Assembly: GCF_009914755.1 (NCBI RefSeq)
Contig: NC_060938.1
Source of the DNA: the human T2T-CHM13v2.0 reference genome, Homo sapiens
Length of the DNA stretch: 64,000 nt
Direction: 5' to 3' (one strand)
The first letter of the stretch is position 1; each line of letters starts with the position of its first letter. The position numbers were made by a program, and so were the translations under genes. Positions 42,401-56,900 of this stretch are shown here, piece by piece. The notes below the pieces were generated by a model, which ran no database searches, had not been told where the DNA came from, and saw only the letters and a program-made list of their open reading frames with translations.

Positions 42401-45400
42401 GATATTTGCTTTTTCACCGTAGGCCTCAGAGCGCTCCAAATATCCACTTGCACATACTACAAAAAGAGTGCCTCAAAGCTGCTCTCTGAAACGGAATGTT
42501 CAACTCTATGAGTTGAATGCAAACATCGCAAAGACGTTTCTGAGAATGCTTCTGTCTAGATTTGATATGAAGATATTCCCGTTTCCAACGAAATCTTCAA
42601 ATCTATCCAAATGTCCACTTGCAGATTCAACAAAAAGTGTTTTTCAGAACTGCTCTATCAAAAGAAAGATCCACCTCTGTTAGCTGAGTTCACACATCAC
42701 AAACAAGTTTATGAGAATGCTTCTGTCTAGTTTTTATTTGAAGATATTTCCTTTCTCACCATAGAGCTGAAAGCTGTCCTAATGTTCACTTCCAGATACT
42801 ACAGAAAGAGTGTTTCAAAACTGCTGTACGAAAGGGAATGTTCAACTCTGTGACTTGAATGCACACATCACAAAGAAGTTTCTGAGGATGCTGCTGTCTA
42901 CTTTTTATACGTAATCCCGTTTCCAACGAAATCCTCCAAGCTATCCAAATATCCACTTGCAGATTCCACAGAAAGACTGTTTCAAAACTGCTCTGTCAAT
43001 AGAAAGGTTCAACTCTGTTAGCTGCGTGCATATATCCCAAAGAAGATTCTGAGATTGCTTCTGTCTAGTTTTTATGGGAAGATATTTCCCTTTTCACCGT
43101 AGGCGTCAAGGCGCTCCAAATGTCCACTTCCAGATACTACAAAAAGAGTGTTTCAAACCTACTCTGTGAAAGGGAATATTCAACTCTGTGACTTGAATGC
43201 ACATATCACAAGGAAGTTTCTGAGAATGCTTCTGTCGAGATTTTATATGAAGATATTCCCGTTTCCAACGAAATCCTGAAATCTATCCAAATATCCCCTC
43301 GCAGATTCTACAAAAAGAGTGTTTCAAAACTGCTCTGTAAAAAGAAAGGTTCAACTCTGTTAGTTGAGTACACACATCACAAACAAGTTTCACACAATGC
43401 TTCTTTCTAGCTTGTAGGGGAAGATATTCCCTTTATCACCATGGGCCTCAAACCGTCCGATAAGTCCACTTCCATATACTACAAAAAGAGCGTTTCAAAC
43501 CTGCTCTATGAAAGGCAATGTTCAACTCTGTGACTTGAATGCAGACATCACAGAGCAGTTTCTGAGAATGCTTCTGTCTAGATTTTATAGGAAGATATTC
43601 CCGTTTCCAACGAAATCTTCACAGCTATCCAAATATCCACTTGCAGATTCTACAAAAAGAGTGTATCAAAACTGCTCTGTCAAAAGGAAGGTTCTTTTCT
43701 GTTAGGTGAGTGCATACGTCATAAAGGAGTTTCTGAGAATGTTTCTGTCTAGTGGTTATGGGAAGATATTTGCTTTTTCACCGTAGGCCTCAGAGCGCTC
43801 CAAATATCCACTTGCACATACTACAAAAAGAGTGCCTCAAAGCTGCTCTCTGAAACGGAATGTTCAACTCTATGAGTTGAATGCAAACATCGCAAAGACG
43901 TTTCTGAGAATGCTTCTGTCTAGATTTGATATGAAGATATTCCCGTTTCCAACGAAATCTTCAAATCTATCCAAATGTCCACTTGCAGATTCAACAAAAA
44001 GTGTTTTTCAGAACTGCTCTATCAAAAGAAAGATCCACCTCTGTTAGCTGAGTTCACACATCACAAACAAGTTTATGAGAATGCTTCTGTCTAGTTTTTA
44101 TTTGAAGATATTTCCTTTCTCACCATAGACCTGAAAGCTGTCCTAATGTTCACTTCCAGATACTACAGAAAGAGTGTTTCAAAACTGCTGTACGAAAGGG
44201 AATGTTCAACTCTGTGACTTGAATGCACACATCACAAAGAAGTTTCTGAGGATGCTGCTGTCTACTTTTTATACGTAATCCCGTTTCCAACGAAATCCTC
44301 CAAGCTATCCAAATATCCACTTGCAGATTCCACAGAAAGACTGTTTCAAAACTGCTCTGTCAATAGAAAGGTTCAACTCTGTTAGCTGCGTGCATATATC
44401 CCAAAGAAGATTCTGAGATTGCTTCTGTCTAGTTTTTATGGGAAGATATTTCCCTTTTCACCGTAGGTGTCAAGGCGCTCCAAATGTCCACTTCCAGATA
44501 CTACAAAAAGAGTGTTTCAAACCTACTCTGTGAAAGGGAATATTCAACTCTGTGACTTGAATGCACATATCACAAAGAAGTTTCTGAGAATGCTTCTGTC
44601 GAGATTTTATATGAAGATATTCCCGTTTCCAACGAAATGCTGAAATCTATCCAAATATCCCCTCGCAGATTCTACAAAAAGAGTGTTTCAAAACTGCTCT
44701 GTGAAAAGAAAGGTTCAACTCTGTTAGTTGAGTACACACATCACAAACAAGTTTCACACAATGCTTCTTTCTAGCTTGTAGGGGAAGATATTCCCTTTAT
44801 CACCATGGGCCTCAAACCGTCCGAAACATCCACTTCCCTATACTACAAAAAGAGCGTTTCAAACCTGCTCTATGAAAGGCAATGTTCAACTCTGTGACTT
44901 GAATGCAGACATCACAGAGCAGTTTCTGAGAATGCTTCTGTCTAGATTTTATAGGAAGATATTCCCGTTTCCAACGAAATCTTCACAGCTATCCAAATAT
45001 CCACTTGCAGATTCTACAAAAAGAGTGTATCAAAACTGCTCTGTCAAAAGGAAGGTTCTTCTCTGTTAGGTGAGTGCATACGTCATAAAGGAGTTTCTGA
45101 GAATGTTTCTGTCTAGTGGTTATGGGAAGATATTTGCTTTTTCACCGTAGGCCTCAGAGCGCTCCAAATATCCACTTGCACATACTACAAAAAGAGTGCT
45201 TCAAAGCTGCTCTCTGAAACGGAATGTTCAACTCTGTGAGTTGAATGCAAACATCACAAAGACGTTTCTGAGAATGCTTCTGTCTAGATTTGATATGAAG
45301 ATATTCCCGTTTCCAACGAAATCTTCAAATCTATCCAAATGTCCACTTGCAGATTCAACAAAAAGTGTTTTTCAGAACTGCTCTATCAAAAGAAAGATCC

Positions 45401-46235
45401 ACCTCTGTTAGCTGAGTTCACACATCACAAACAAGTTTATGAGAATGCTTCTGTCTAGTTTTTATTTGAAGATATTTCCTTTCTCACCATAGAGCTGAAA
45501 GCTGTCCTAATGTTCACTTCCAGATACTACAGAAAGAGTGTTTCAAAACTGCTGTACGAAAGGGAATGTTCAACTCTGTGACTTGAATGCACACATCACA
45601 AAGAAGTTTCTGAGGATGCTGCTGTCTACTTTTTATACGTAATCCCGTTTCCAACGAAATCCTCCAAGCTATCCAAATATCCACTTGCAGATTCCACAGA
45701 AAGACTGTTTCAAAACTGCTCTGTCAATAGAAAGGTTCAACTCTGTTAGCTGCATGCATATATCCCAAAGAAGATTCTGAGATTGCTTCTGTCTAGTTTT
45801 TATGGGAAGATATTTCCCTTTTCACCGTAGGCGTCAAGGCGCTCCAAATGTCCACTTCCAGATACTACAAAAAGAGTGTTTCAAACCTACTCTGTGAAAG
45901 GAAATATTCAACTCTGTGACTTGAATGCACATATCACAAGGAAGTTTCTGAGAATGCTTCTGTCGAGATTTTATATGAAGATATTCCCGTTTCCAACGAA
46001 ATCCTGAAATCTATCCAAATATCCCCTTGCAGATTCTACAAAAAGAGTGTTTCAAAACTGCTCTGTAAAAAGAAAGGTTCAACTCTGTTAGTTGAGTACA
46101 CACATCACAAACAAGTTTCACACAATGCTTCTTTCTAGCTTGTAGGGGAAGATATTCCCTTTATCACCATGGGCCTCCAACCGTCCGAAACATCCACTTC
46201 CATATACTACAAAAAGAGCGTTTCAAACCTGCTCT

Positions 46236-47937
46236 ATGAAAGGCAATGTTCAACTCTGTGACTTGAATGCAGACATCACAGAGCAGTTTCTGAGAATGCT
46301 TCTGTCTAGATTTTATAGGAAGATATTCCCGTTTCCAACGAAATCTTCACAGCTATCCAAATATCCACTTGCAGATTCTACAAAAAGAGTGTATCAAAAC
46401 TGCTCTGTCAAAAGGAAGGTTCTTTTCTGTTAGGTGAGTGCATACGTCATAAAGGAGTTTCTGAGAATGTTTCTGTCTAGTGGTTATGGGAAGATATTTG
46501 CTTTTTCACCGTAGGCCTCAGAGCGCTCCAAATATCCACTTGCACATACTACAAAAAGAGTGCCTCAAAGCTGCTCTCTGAAACGGAATGTTCAACTCTA
46601 TGAGTTGAATGCAAACATCGCAAAGACGTTTCTGAGAATGCTTCTGTCTAGATTTGATATGAAGATATTCCCGTTTCCAACGAAATCTTCAAATCTATCC
46701 AAATGTCCACTTGCAGATTCAACAAAAAGTGTTTTTCAGAACTGCTCTATCAAAAGAAAGATCCACCTCTGTTAGCTGAGTTCACACATCACAAACAAGT
46801 TTATGAGAATGCTTCTGTCTAGTTTTTATTTGAAGATATTTCCTTTCTCACCATAGAGCTGAAAGCTGTCCTAATGTTCACTTCCAGATACTACAGAAAG
46901 AGTGTTTCAAAACTGCTGTACGAAAGGGAATGTTCAACTCTGTGACTTGAATGCACACATCACAAAGAAGTTTCTGAGGATGCTGCTGTCTACTTTCTAT
47001 ACGTAATCCCGTTTCCAACGAAATCCTCCAAGCTATCCAAATATCCACTTGCAGATTCCACAGAAAGACTGTTTCAAAACTGCTCTGTCAATAGAAAGGT
47101 TCAACTCTGTTAGCTGCGTGCATATATCCCAAAGAAGATTCTGAGATTGCTTCTGTCTAGTTTTTATGGGAAGATATTTCCCTTTTCACCGTAGGTGTCA
47201 AGGCGCTCCAAATGTCCACTTCCAGATACTACAAAAAGAGTGTTTCAAACCAACTCTGTGAAAGGGAATATTCAACTCTGTGACTTGAATGCACACAACA
47301 CAAAGAAGTTTCTGAGGATGCTGCTGTCTACTTTTTATACGTAATCCCGTTTCCAACGAAATCCTCCAAGCTATCCAAATATCCACTTGCAGATTCCACA
47401 GAAAGACTGTTTCAAAACTGCTCTGTCAATAGAAAGGTTCAACTCTGTTAGCTGCATGCATATATCCCAAAGAAGATTCTGAGATTGCTTCTGTCTAGTT
47501 TTTATGGGAAGATATTTCCCTTTTCACCGTAGGCGTCAAGGCGCTCCAAATGTCCACTTCCAGATACTACAAAAAGAGTGTTTCAAACCTACTCTGTGAA
47601 AGGGAATATTCAACTCTGTGACTTGAATGCACATATCACAAGGAAGTTTCTGAGAATGCTTCTGTCGAGATTTTATATGAAGATATTCCCGTTTCCAACG
47701 AAATCCTGAAATCTATCCAAATATCCCCTTGCAGATTCTACAAAAAGAGTGTTTCAAAACTGCTCTGTAAAAAGAAAGGTTCAACTCTGTTAGTTGAGTA
47801 CACACATCACAAACAAGTTTCACACAATGCTTCTTTCTAGCTTGTAGGGGAAGATATTCCCTTTATCACCATGGGCCTCAAACCGTCCGAAAAGTCCACT
47901 TCCATATACTACAAAAAGAGCGTTTCAAACCTGCTCT
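46236..47937 (-). repeat. 10-mer HOR structural variant (1702 bp); duplicated dimer ~46958-47295 / 47296-47633
   Basis: ORF spacing 46236->47938 is 1702. The junction ORF is at 47198-47386. Confidence 0.95.
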
Positions 47938-50900
47938 ATGAAAGGCAATGTTCAACTCTGTGACTTGAATGCAGACATCACAGAGCAGTTTCTGAGAATG
48001 CTTCTGTCTAGATTTTATAGGAAGATATTCCCGTTTCCAACGAAATCTTCACAGCTATCCAAATATCCACTTGCAGATTCTACAAAAAGAGTGTATCAAA
48101 ACTGCTCTGTCAAAAGGAAGGTTCTTTTCTGTTAGGTGAGTGCATACGTCATAAAGGAGTTTCTGAGAATGTTTCTGTCTAGTGGTTATGGGAAGATATT
48201 TGCTTTTTCACCGTAGGCCTCAGAGCGCTCCAAATATCCACTTGCACATACTACAAAAAGAGTGCCTCAAAGCTGCTCTCTGAAACGGAATGTTCAACTC
48301 TATGAGTTGAATGCAAACATCGCAAAGACGTTTCTGAGAATGCTTCTGTCTAGATTTGATATGAAGATATTCCCGTTTCCAACGAAATCTTCAAATCTAT
48401 CCAAATGTCCACTTGCAGATTCAACAAAAAGTGTTTTTCAGAACTGCTCTATCAAAAGAAAGATCCACCTCTGTTAGCTGAGTTCACACATCACAAACAA
48501 GTTTATGAGAATGCTTCTGTCTAGTTTTTATTTGAAGATATTTCCTTTCTCACCATAGAGCTGAAAGCTGTCCTAATGTTCACTTCCAGATACTACAGAA
48601 AGAGTGTTTCAAAACTGCTGTACGAAAGGGAATGTTCAACTCTGTGACTTGAATGCACACATCACAAAGAAGTTTCTGAGGATGCTGCTGTCTACTTTTT
48701 ATACGTAATCCCGTTTCCAACGAAATCCTCCAAGCTATCCAAATATCCACTTGCAGATTCCACAGAAAGACTGTTTCAAAACTGCTCTGTCAATAGAAAG
48801 GTTCAACTCTGTTAGCTGCGTGCATATATCCCAAAGAAGATTCTGAGATTGCTTCTGTCTAGTTTTTATGGGAAGATATTTCCCTTTTCACCGTAGGTGT
48901 CAAGGCGCTCCAAATGTCCACTTCCAGATACTACAAAAAGAGTGTTTCAAACCTACTCTGTGAAAGGGAATATTCAACTCTGTGACCTGAATGCACATAT
49001 CACAAAGAAGTTTCTGAGAATGCTTCTGTCGAGATTTTATATGAAGATATTCCCGTTTCCAACGAAATGCTGAAATCTATCCAAATATCCCCTCGCAGAT
49101 TCTACAAAAAGAGTGTTTCAAAACTGCTCTGTGAAAAGAAAGGTTCAACTCTGTTAGTTGAGTACACACATCACAAACAAGTTTCACAGAATGCTTCTTT
49201 CTAGCTTGTAGGGGAAGATATTCCCTTTATCACCATGGGCCTCCAACCGTCCGAAACATCCTCTTCCATATACTACAAAAAGAGCGTTTCAAACCTGCTC
49301 TATGAAAGGCAATGTTCAACTCTGTGACTTGAATGCAGACATCACAGAGCAGTTTCTGAGAATGCTTCTGTCTAGATTTTATAGGAAGATATTCCCGTTT
49401 CCAACGAAATCTTCACAGCTATCCAAATATCCACTTGCAGATTCTACAAAAAGAGTGTATCAAAACTGCTCTGTCAAAAGGAAGGTTCTTCTCTGTTAGG
49501 TGAGTGCATACGTCATAAAGGAGTTTCTGAGAATGTTTCTGTCTAGTGGTTATGGGAAGATATTTGCTTTTTCACCGTAGGCCTCAGAGCGCTCCAAATA
49601 TCCACTTGCACATACTACAAAAAGAGTGCTTCAAAGCTGCTCTCTGAAACGGAATGTTCAACTCTATGAGTTGAATGCAAACATCACAAAGACGTTTCTG
49701 AGAATGCTTCTGTCTAGATTTGATATGAAGATATTCCCGTTTCCAACGAAATCTTCAAATCTATCCAAATGTCCACTTGCAGATTCAACAAAAAGTGTTT
49801 TTCAGAACTGCTCTATCAAAAGAAAGATCCACCTCTGTTAGCTGAGTTCACACCTCACAAACAACTTTATGAGAATGCTTCTGTCTAGTTTTTATTTGAA
49901 GATATTTCCTTTCTCACCATAGAGCTGAAAGCTGTCCTAATGTTCACTTCCAGATACTACAGAAAGAGTGTTTCAAAACTGCTGTATGAAAGGGAATGTT
50001 CAACTCTTTGACTTGAATGCACACATCACAAAGAAGTTTCTGAGGATGCTGCTGTCTACTTTTTATACGTAATCCCGTTTCCAACGAAATCCTCCAAGCT
50101 ATCCAAATATCCACTTGCAGATTCCACAGAAAGACTGTTTCAAAACTGCTCTGTCAATAGAAAGGTTCAACTCTGTTAGCTGCATGCATATATCCCAAAG
50201 AAGATTCTGAGATTGCTTCTGTCTAGTTTTTATGGGAAGATATTTCCCTTTTCACCGTAGGCGTCAAGGCGCTCCAAATGTCCACTTCCAGATACTACAA
50301 AAAGAGTGTTTCAAACCTACTCTGTGAAAGGGAATATTCAACTCTGTGACTTGAATGCACATATCACAAGGAAGTTTCTGAGAATGCTTCTGTCGAGATT
50401 TTATATGAAGATATTCCCGTTTCCAACGAAATCCTGAAATCTATCCAAATATCCCCTTGCAGATTCTACAAAAAGAGTGTTTCAAAACTGCTCTGTAAAA
50501 AGAAAGGTTCAACTCTGTTAGTTGAGTACACACATCACAAACAAGTTTCACACAATGCTTCTTTCTAGCTTGTAGGGGAAGATATTCCCTTTATCACCAT
50601 GGGCCTCAAACCGTCCGATAAGTCCACTTCCATATACTACAAAAAGAGCGTTTCAAACCTGCTCTATGAAAGGCAATGTTCAACTCTGTGACTTGAATGC
50701 AGACATCACAGAGCAGTTTCTGAGAATGCTTCTGTCTAGATTTTATAGGAAGATATTCCCGTTTCCAACGAAATCTTCACAGCTATCCAAATATCCACTT
50801 GCAGATTCTACAAAAAGAGTGTATCAAAACTGCTCTGTCAAAAGGAAGGTTCTTTTCTGTTAGGTGAGTGCATACGTCATAAAGGAGTTTCTGAGAATGT

Positions 50901-53900
50901 TTCTGTCTAGTGGTTATGGGAAGATATTTGCTTTTTCACCGTAGGCCTCAGAGCGCTCCAAATATCCACTTGCACATACTACAAAAAGAGTGCCTCAAAG
51001 CTGCTCTCTGAAACGGAATGTTCAACTCTATGAGTTGAATGCAAACATCGCAAAGACGTTTCTGAGAATGCTTCTGTCTAGATTTGATATGAAGATATTC
51101 CCGTTTCCAACGAAATCTTCAAATCTATCCAAATGTCCACTTGCAGATTCAACAAAAAGTGTTTTTCAGAACTGCTCTATCAAAAGAAAGATCCACCTCT
51201 GTTAGCTGAGTTCACACATCACAAACAAGTTTATGAGAATGCTTCTGTCTAGTTTTTATTTGAAGATATTTCCTTTCTCACCATAGAGCTGAAAGCTGTC
51301 CTAATGTTCACTTCCAGATACTACAGAAAGAGTGTTTCAAAACTGCTGTACGAAAGGGAATGTTCAACTCTGTGACTTGAATGCACACATCACAAAGAAG
51401 TTTCTGAGGATGCTGCTGTCTACTTTTTATACGTAATCCCGTTTCCAACGAAATCCTCCAAGCTATCCAAATATCCACTTGCAGATTCCACAGAAAGACT
51501 GTTTCAAAACTGCTCTGTCAATAGAAAGGTTCAACTCTGCTAGCTGCGTGCATATATCCCAAAGAAGATTCTGAGATTGCTTCTGTCTAGTTTTTATGGG
51601 AAGATATTTCCCTTTTCACCGTAGGTGTCAAGGCGCTCCAAATGTCCACTTCCAGATACTACAAAAAGAGTGTTTCAAACCTACTCTGTGAAAGGGAATA
51701 TTCAACTCTGTGACTTGAATGCACATATCACAAAGAAGTTTCTGAGAATGCTTCTGTCGAGATTTTATATGAAGATATTCCCGTTTCCAACGAAATGCTG
51801 AAATCTATCCAAATATCCCCTCGCAGATTCTACAAAAAGAGTGTTTCAAAACTGCTCTGTGAAAAGAAAGGTTCAACTCTGTTAGTTGAGTACACACATC
51901 ACAAACAAGTTTCACAGAATGCTTCTTTCTAGCTTGTAGGGGAAGATATTCCCTTTATCACCATGGGCCTCCAACCGTCCGAAACATCCACTTCCATATA
52001 CTACAAAAAGAGCGTTTCAAACCTGCTCTATGAAAGGCAATGTTCAACTCTGTGACTTGAATGCAGACATCACAGAGCAGTTTCTGAGAATGCTTCTGTC
52101 TAGATTTTATAGGAAGATATTCCCGTTTCCAACGAAATCTTCACAGCTATCCAAATATCCACTTGCAGATTCTACAAAAAGAGTGTATCAAAAGTGCTCT
52201 GTCAAAAGGAAGGTTCTTCTCTGTTAGGTGAGTGCATACGTCATAAAGGAGTTTCTGAGAATGTTTCTGTCTAGTGGTTATGGGAAGATATTTGCTTTTT
52301 CACCGTAGGCCTCAGAGCGCTCCAAATATCCACTTGCACATACTACAAAAAGAGTGCTTCAAAGCTGCTCTCTGAAACGGAATGTTCAACTCTATGAGTT
52401 GAATGCAAACATCACAAAGACGTTTCTGAGAATGCTTCTGTCTAGATTTGATATGAAGATATTCCCGTTTCCAACGAAATCTTCAAATCTATCCAAATGT
52501 CCACTTGCAGATTCAACAAAAAGTGTTTTTCAGAACTGCTCTATCAAAAGAAAGATCCACCTCTGTTAGCTGAGTTCACACCTCACAAACAACTTTATGA
52601 GAATGCTTCTGTCTAGTTTTTATTTGAAGATATTTCCTTTCTCACCATAGAGCTGAAAGCTGTCCTAATGTTCACTTCCAGATACTACAGAAAGAGTGTT
52701 TCAAAACTGCTGTACGAAAGGGAATGTTCAACTCTGTGACTTGAATGCACACATCACAAAGAAGTTTCTGAGGATGCTGCTGTCTACTTTTTATACGTAA
52801 TCCCGTTTCCAACGAAATCCTCCAAGCTATCCAAATATCCACTTGCAGATTCCACAGAAAGACTGTTTCAAAACTGCTCTGTCAATAGAAAGGTTCAACT
52901 CTGTTAGCTGCATGCATATATCCCAAAGAAGATTCTGAGATTGCTTCTGTCTAGTTTTTATGGGAAGATATTTCCCTTTTCACCGTAGGCGTCAAGGCGC
53001 TCCAAATGTCCACTTCCAGATACTACAAAAAGAGTGTTTCAAACCTACTCTGTGAAAGGGAATATTCAACTCTGTGACTTGAATGCACATATCACAAGGA
53101 AGTTTCTGAGAATGCTTCTGTCGAGATTTTATATGAAGATATTCCCGTTTCCAACGAAATCCTGAAATCTATCCAAATATCCCCTTGCAGATTCTACAAA
53201 AAGAGTGTTTCAAAACTGCTCTGTAAAAAGAAAGGTTCAACTCTGTTAGTTGAGTACACACATCACAAACAAGTTTCACACAATGCTTCTTTCTAGCTTG
53301 TAGGGGAAGATATTCCCTTTATCACCATGGGCCTCAAACCGTCCGATAAGTCCACTTCCATATACTACAAAAAGAGCGTTTCAAACCTGCTCTATGAAAG
53401 GCAATGTTCAACTCTGTGACTTGAATGCAGACATCACAGAGCAGTTTCTGAGAATGCTTCTGTCTAGATTTTATAGGAAGATATTCCCGTTTCCAACGAA
53501 ATCTTCACAGCTATCCAAATATCCACTTGCAGATTCTACAAAAAGAGTGTATCAAAACTGCTCTGTCAAAAGGAAGGTTCTTTTCTGTTAGGTGAGTGCA
53601 TACGTCATAAAGGAGTTTCTGAGAATGTTTCTGTCTAGTGGTTATGGGAAGATATTTGCTTTTTCACCGTAGGCCTCAGAGCGCTCCAAATATCCACTTG
53701 CACATACTACAAAAAGAGTGCCTCAAAGCTGCTCTCTGAAACGGAATGTTCAACTCTATGAGTTGAATGCAAACATCGCAAAGACGTTTCTGAGAATGCT
53801 TCTGTCTAGATTTGATATGAAGATATTCCCGTTTCCAACGAAATCTTCAAATCTATCCAAATGTCCACTTGCAGATTCAACAAAAAGTGTTTTTCAGAAC

Positions 53901-56900
53901 TGCTCTATCAAAAGAAAGATCCACCTCTGTTAGCTGAGTTCACACATCACAAACAAGTTTATGAGAATGCTTCTGTCTAGTTTTTATTTGAAGATATTTC
54001 CTTTCTCACCATAGAGCTGAAAGCTGTCCTAATGTTCACTTCCAGATACTACAGAAAGAGTGTTTCAAAACTGCTGTACGAAAGGGAATGTTCAACTCTG
54101 TGACTTGAATGCACACATCACAAAGAAGTTTCTGAGGATGCTGCTGTCTACTTTTTATACGTAATCCCGTTTCCAACGAAATCCTCCAAGCTATCCAAAT
54201 ATCCACTTGCAGATTCCACAGAAAGACTGTTTCAAAACTGCTCTGTCAATAGAAAGGTTCAACTCTGTTAGCTGCATGCATATATCCCAAAGAAGATTCT
54301 GAGATTGCTTCTGTCTAGTTTTTATGGGAAGATATTTCCCTTTTCACCGTAGGCGTCAAGGCGCTCCAAATGTCCACTTCCAGATACTACAAAAAGAGTG
54401 TTTCAAACCTACTCTGTGAAAGGGAATATTCAACTCTGTGACTTGAATGCACATATCACAAGGAAGTTTCTGAGAATGCTTCTGTCGAGATTTTATATGA
54501 AGATATTCCCGTTTCCAACGAAATCCTGAAATCTATCCAAATATCCCCTTGCAGATTCTACAAAAAGAGTGTTTCAAAACTGCTCTGTAAAAAGAAAGGT
54601 TCAACTCTGTTAGTTGAGTACACACATCACAAACAAGTTTCACACAATGCTTCTTTCTAGCTTGTAGGGGAAGATATTCCCTTTATCACCACGGGCCTCA
54701 AACCGTCCGATAAGTCCACTTCCATATACTACAAAAAGAGCGTTTCAAACCTGCTCTATGAAAGGCAATGTTCAACTCTGTGACTTGAATGCAGACATCA
54801 CAGAGCAGTTTCTGAGAATGCTTCTGTCTAGATTTTATAGGAAGATATTCCCGTTTCCAACGAAATCTTCACAGCTATCCAAATATCCACTTGCAGATTC
54901 TACAAAAAGAGTGTATCAAAACTGCTCTGTCAAAAGGAAGGTTCTTTTCTGTTAGGTGAGTGCATACGTCATAAAGGAGTTTCTGAGAATGTTTCTGTCT
55001 AGTGGTTATGGGAAGATATTTGCTTTTTCACCGTAGGCCTCAGAGCGCTCCAAGTATCCACTTGCACATACTACAAAAAGAGTGCCTCAAAGCTGCTCTC
55101 TGAAACGGAATGTTCAACTCTATGAGTTGAATGCAAACATCGCAAAGACGTTTCTGAGAATGCTTCTGTCTAGATTTGATATGAAGATATTCCCGTTTCC
55201 AACGAAATCTTCAAATCTATCCAAATGTCCACTTGCAGATTCAACAAAAAGTGTTTTTCAGAACTGCTCTATCAAAAGAAAGATCCACCTCTGTTAGCTG
55301 AGTTCACACATCACAAACAAGTTTATGAGAATGCTTCTGTCTAGTTTTTATTTGAAGATATTTCCTTTCTCACCATAGAGCTGAAAGCTGTCCTAATGTT
55401 CACTTCCAGATACTACAGAAAGAGTGTTTCAAAACTGCTGTACGAAAGGGAATGTTCAACTCTGTGACTTGAATGCACACATCACAAAGAAGTTTCTGAG
55501 GATGCTGCTGTCTACTTTTTATACGTAATCCCGTTTCCAACGAAATCCTCCAAGCTATCCAAATATCCACTTGCAGATTCCACAGAAAGACTGTTTCAAA
55601 ACTGCTCTGTCAATAGAAAGGTTCAACTCTGCTAGCTGCGTGCATATATCCCAAAGAAGATTCTGAGATTGCTTCTGTCTAGTTTTTATGGGAAGATATT
55701 TCCCTTTTCACCGTAGGTGTCAAGGCGCTCCAAATGTCCACTTCCAGATACTACAAAAAGAGTGTTTCAAACCTACTCTGTGAAAGGGAATATTCAACTC
55801 TGTGACTTGAATGCACATATCACAAAGAAGTTTCTGAGAATGCTTCTGTCGAGATTTTATATGAAGATATTCCCGTTTCCAACGAAATGCTGAAATCTAT
55901 CCAAATATCCCCTCGTAGATTCTACAAAAAGAGTGTTTCAAAACTGCTCTGTGAAAAGAAAGGTTCAACTCTGTTAGTTGAGTACACACATCACAAACAA
56001 GTTTCACAGAATGCTTCTTTCTAGCTTGTAGGGGAAGATATTCCCTTTATCACCATGGGCCTCCAACCGTCCGAAACATCCACTTCCATATACTACAAAA
56101 AGAGCGTTTCAAACCTGCTCTATTAAAGGCAATGTTCAACTCTGTGACTTGAATGCAGACATCACAGAGCAGTTTCTGAGAATGCTTCTGTCTAGATTTT
56201 ATAGGAAGATATTCCCGTTTCCAACGAAATCTTCACAGCTATCCAAATATCCACTTGCAGATTCTACAAAAAGAGTGTATCAAAACTGCTCTGTCAAAAG
56301 GAAGGTTCTTCTCTGTTAGGTGAGTGCATACGTCATAAAGGAGTTTCTGAGAATGTTTCTGTCTAGTGGTTATGGGAAGATATTTGCTTTTTCACCGTAG
56401 GCCTCAGAGCGCTCCAAATATCCACTTGCACATACTACAAAAAGAGTGCTTCAAAGCTGCTCTCTGAAACGGAATGTTCAACTCTATGAGTTGAATGCAA
56501 ACATCACAAAGACGTTTCTGAGAATGCTTCTGTCTAGATTTGATATGAAGATATTCCCGTTTCCAACGAAATCTTCAAATCTATCCAAATGTCCACTTGC
56601 AGATTCAACAAAAAGTGTTTTTCAGAACTGCTCTATCAAAAGAAAGATCCACCTCTGTTAGCTGAGTTCACACCTCACAAACAACTTTATGAGAATGCTT
56701 CTGTCTAGTTTTTATTTGAAGATATTTCCTTTCTCACCATAGAGCTGAAAGCTGTCCTAATGTTCACTTCCAGATACTACAGAAAGAGTGTTTCAAAACT
56801 GCTGTACGAAAGGGAATGTTCAACTCTGTGACTTGAATGCACACATCACAAAGAAGTTTCTGAGGATGCTGCTGTCTACTTTTTATACGTAATCCCGTTT

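Noticed and set aside
3900-47386. 62-aa minus-strand ORF (MDIWIAWRISLETG...) at 3900, 6966, 18216 and 47198
   Set aside because: It exists only because the hybrid junction of the 10-mer joins two stop-free segments. It is a useful marker of the variant, not evidence of a gene.
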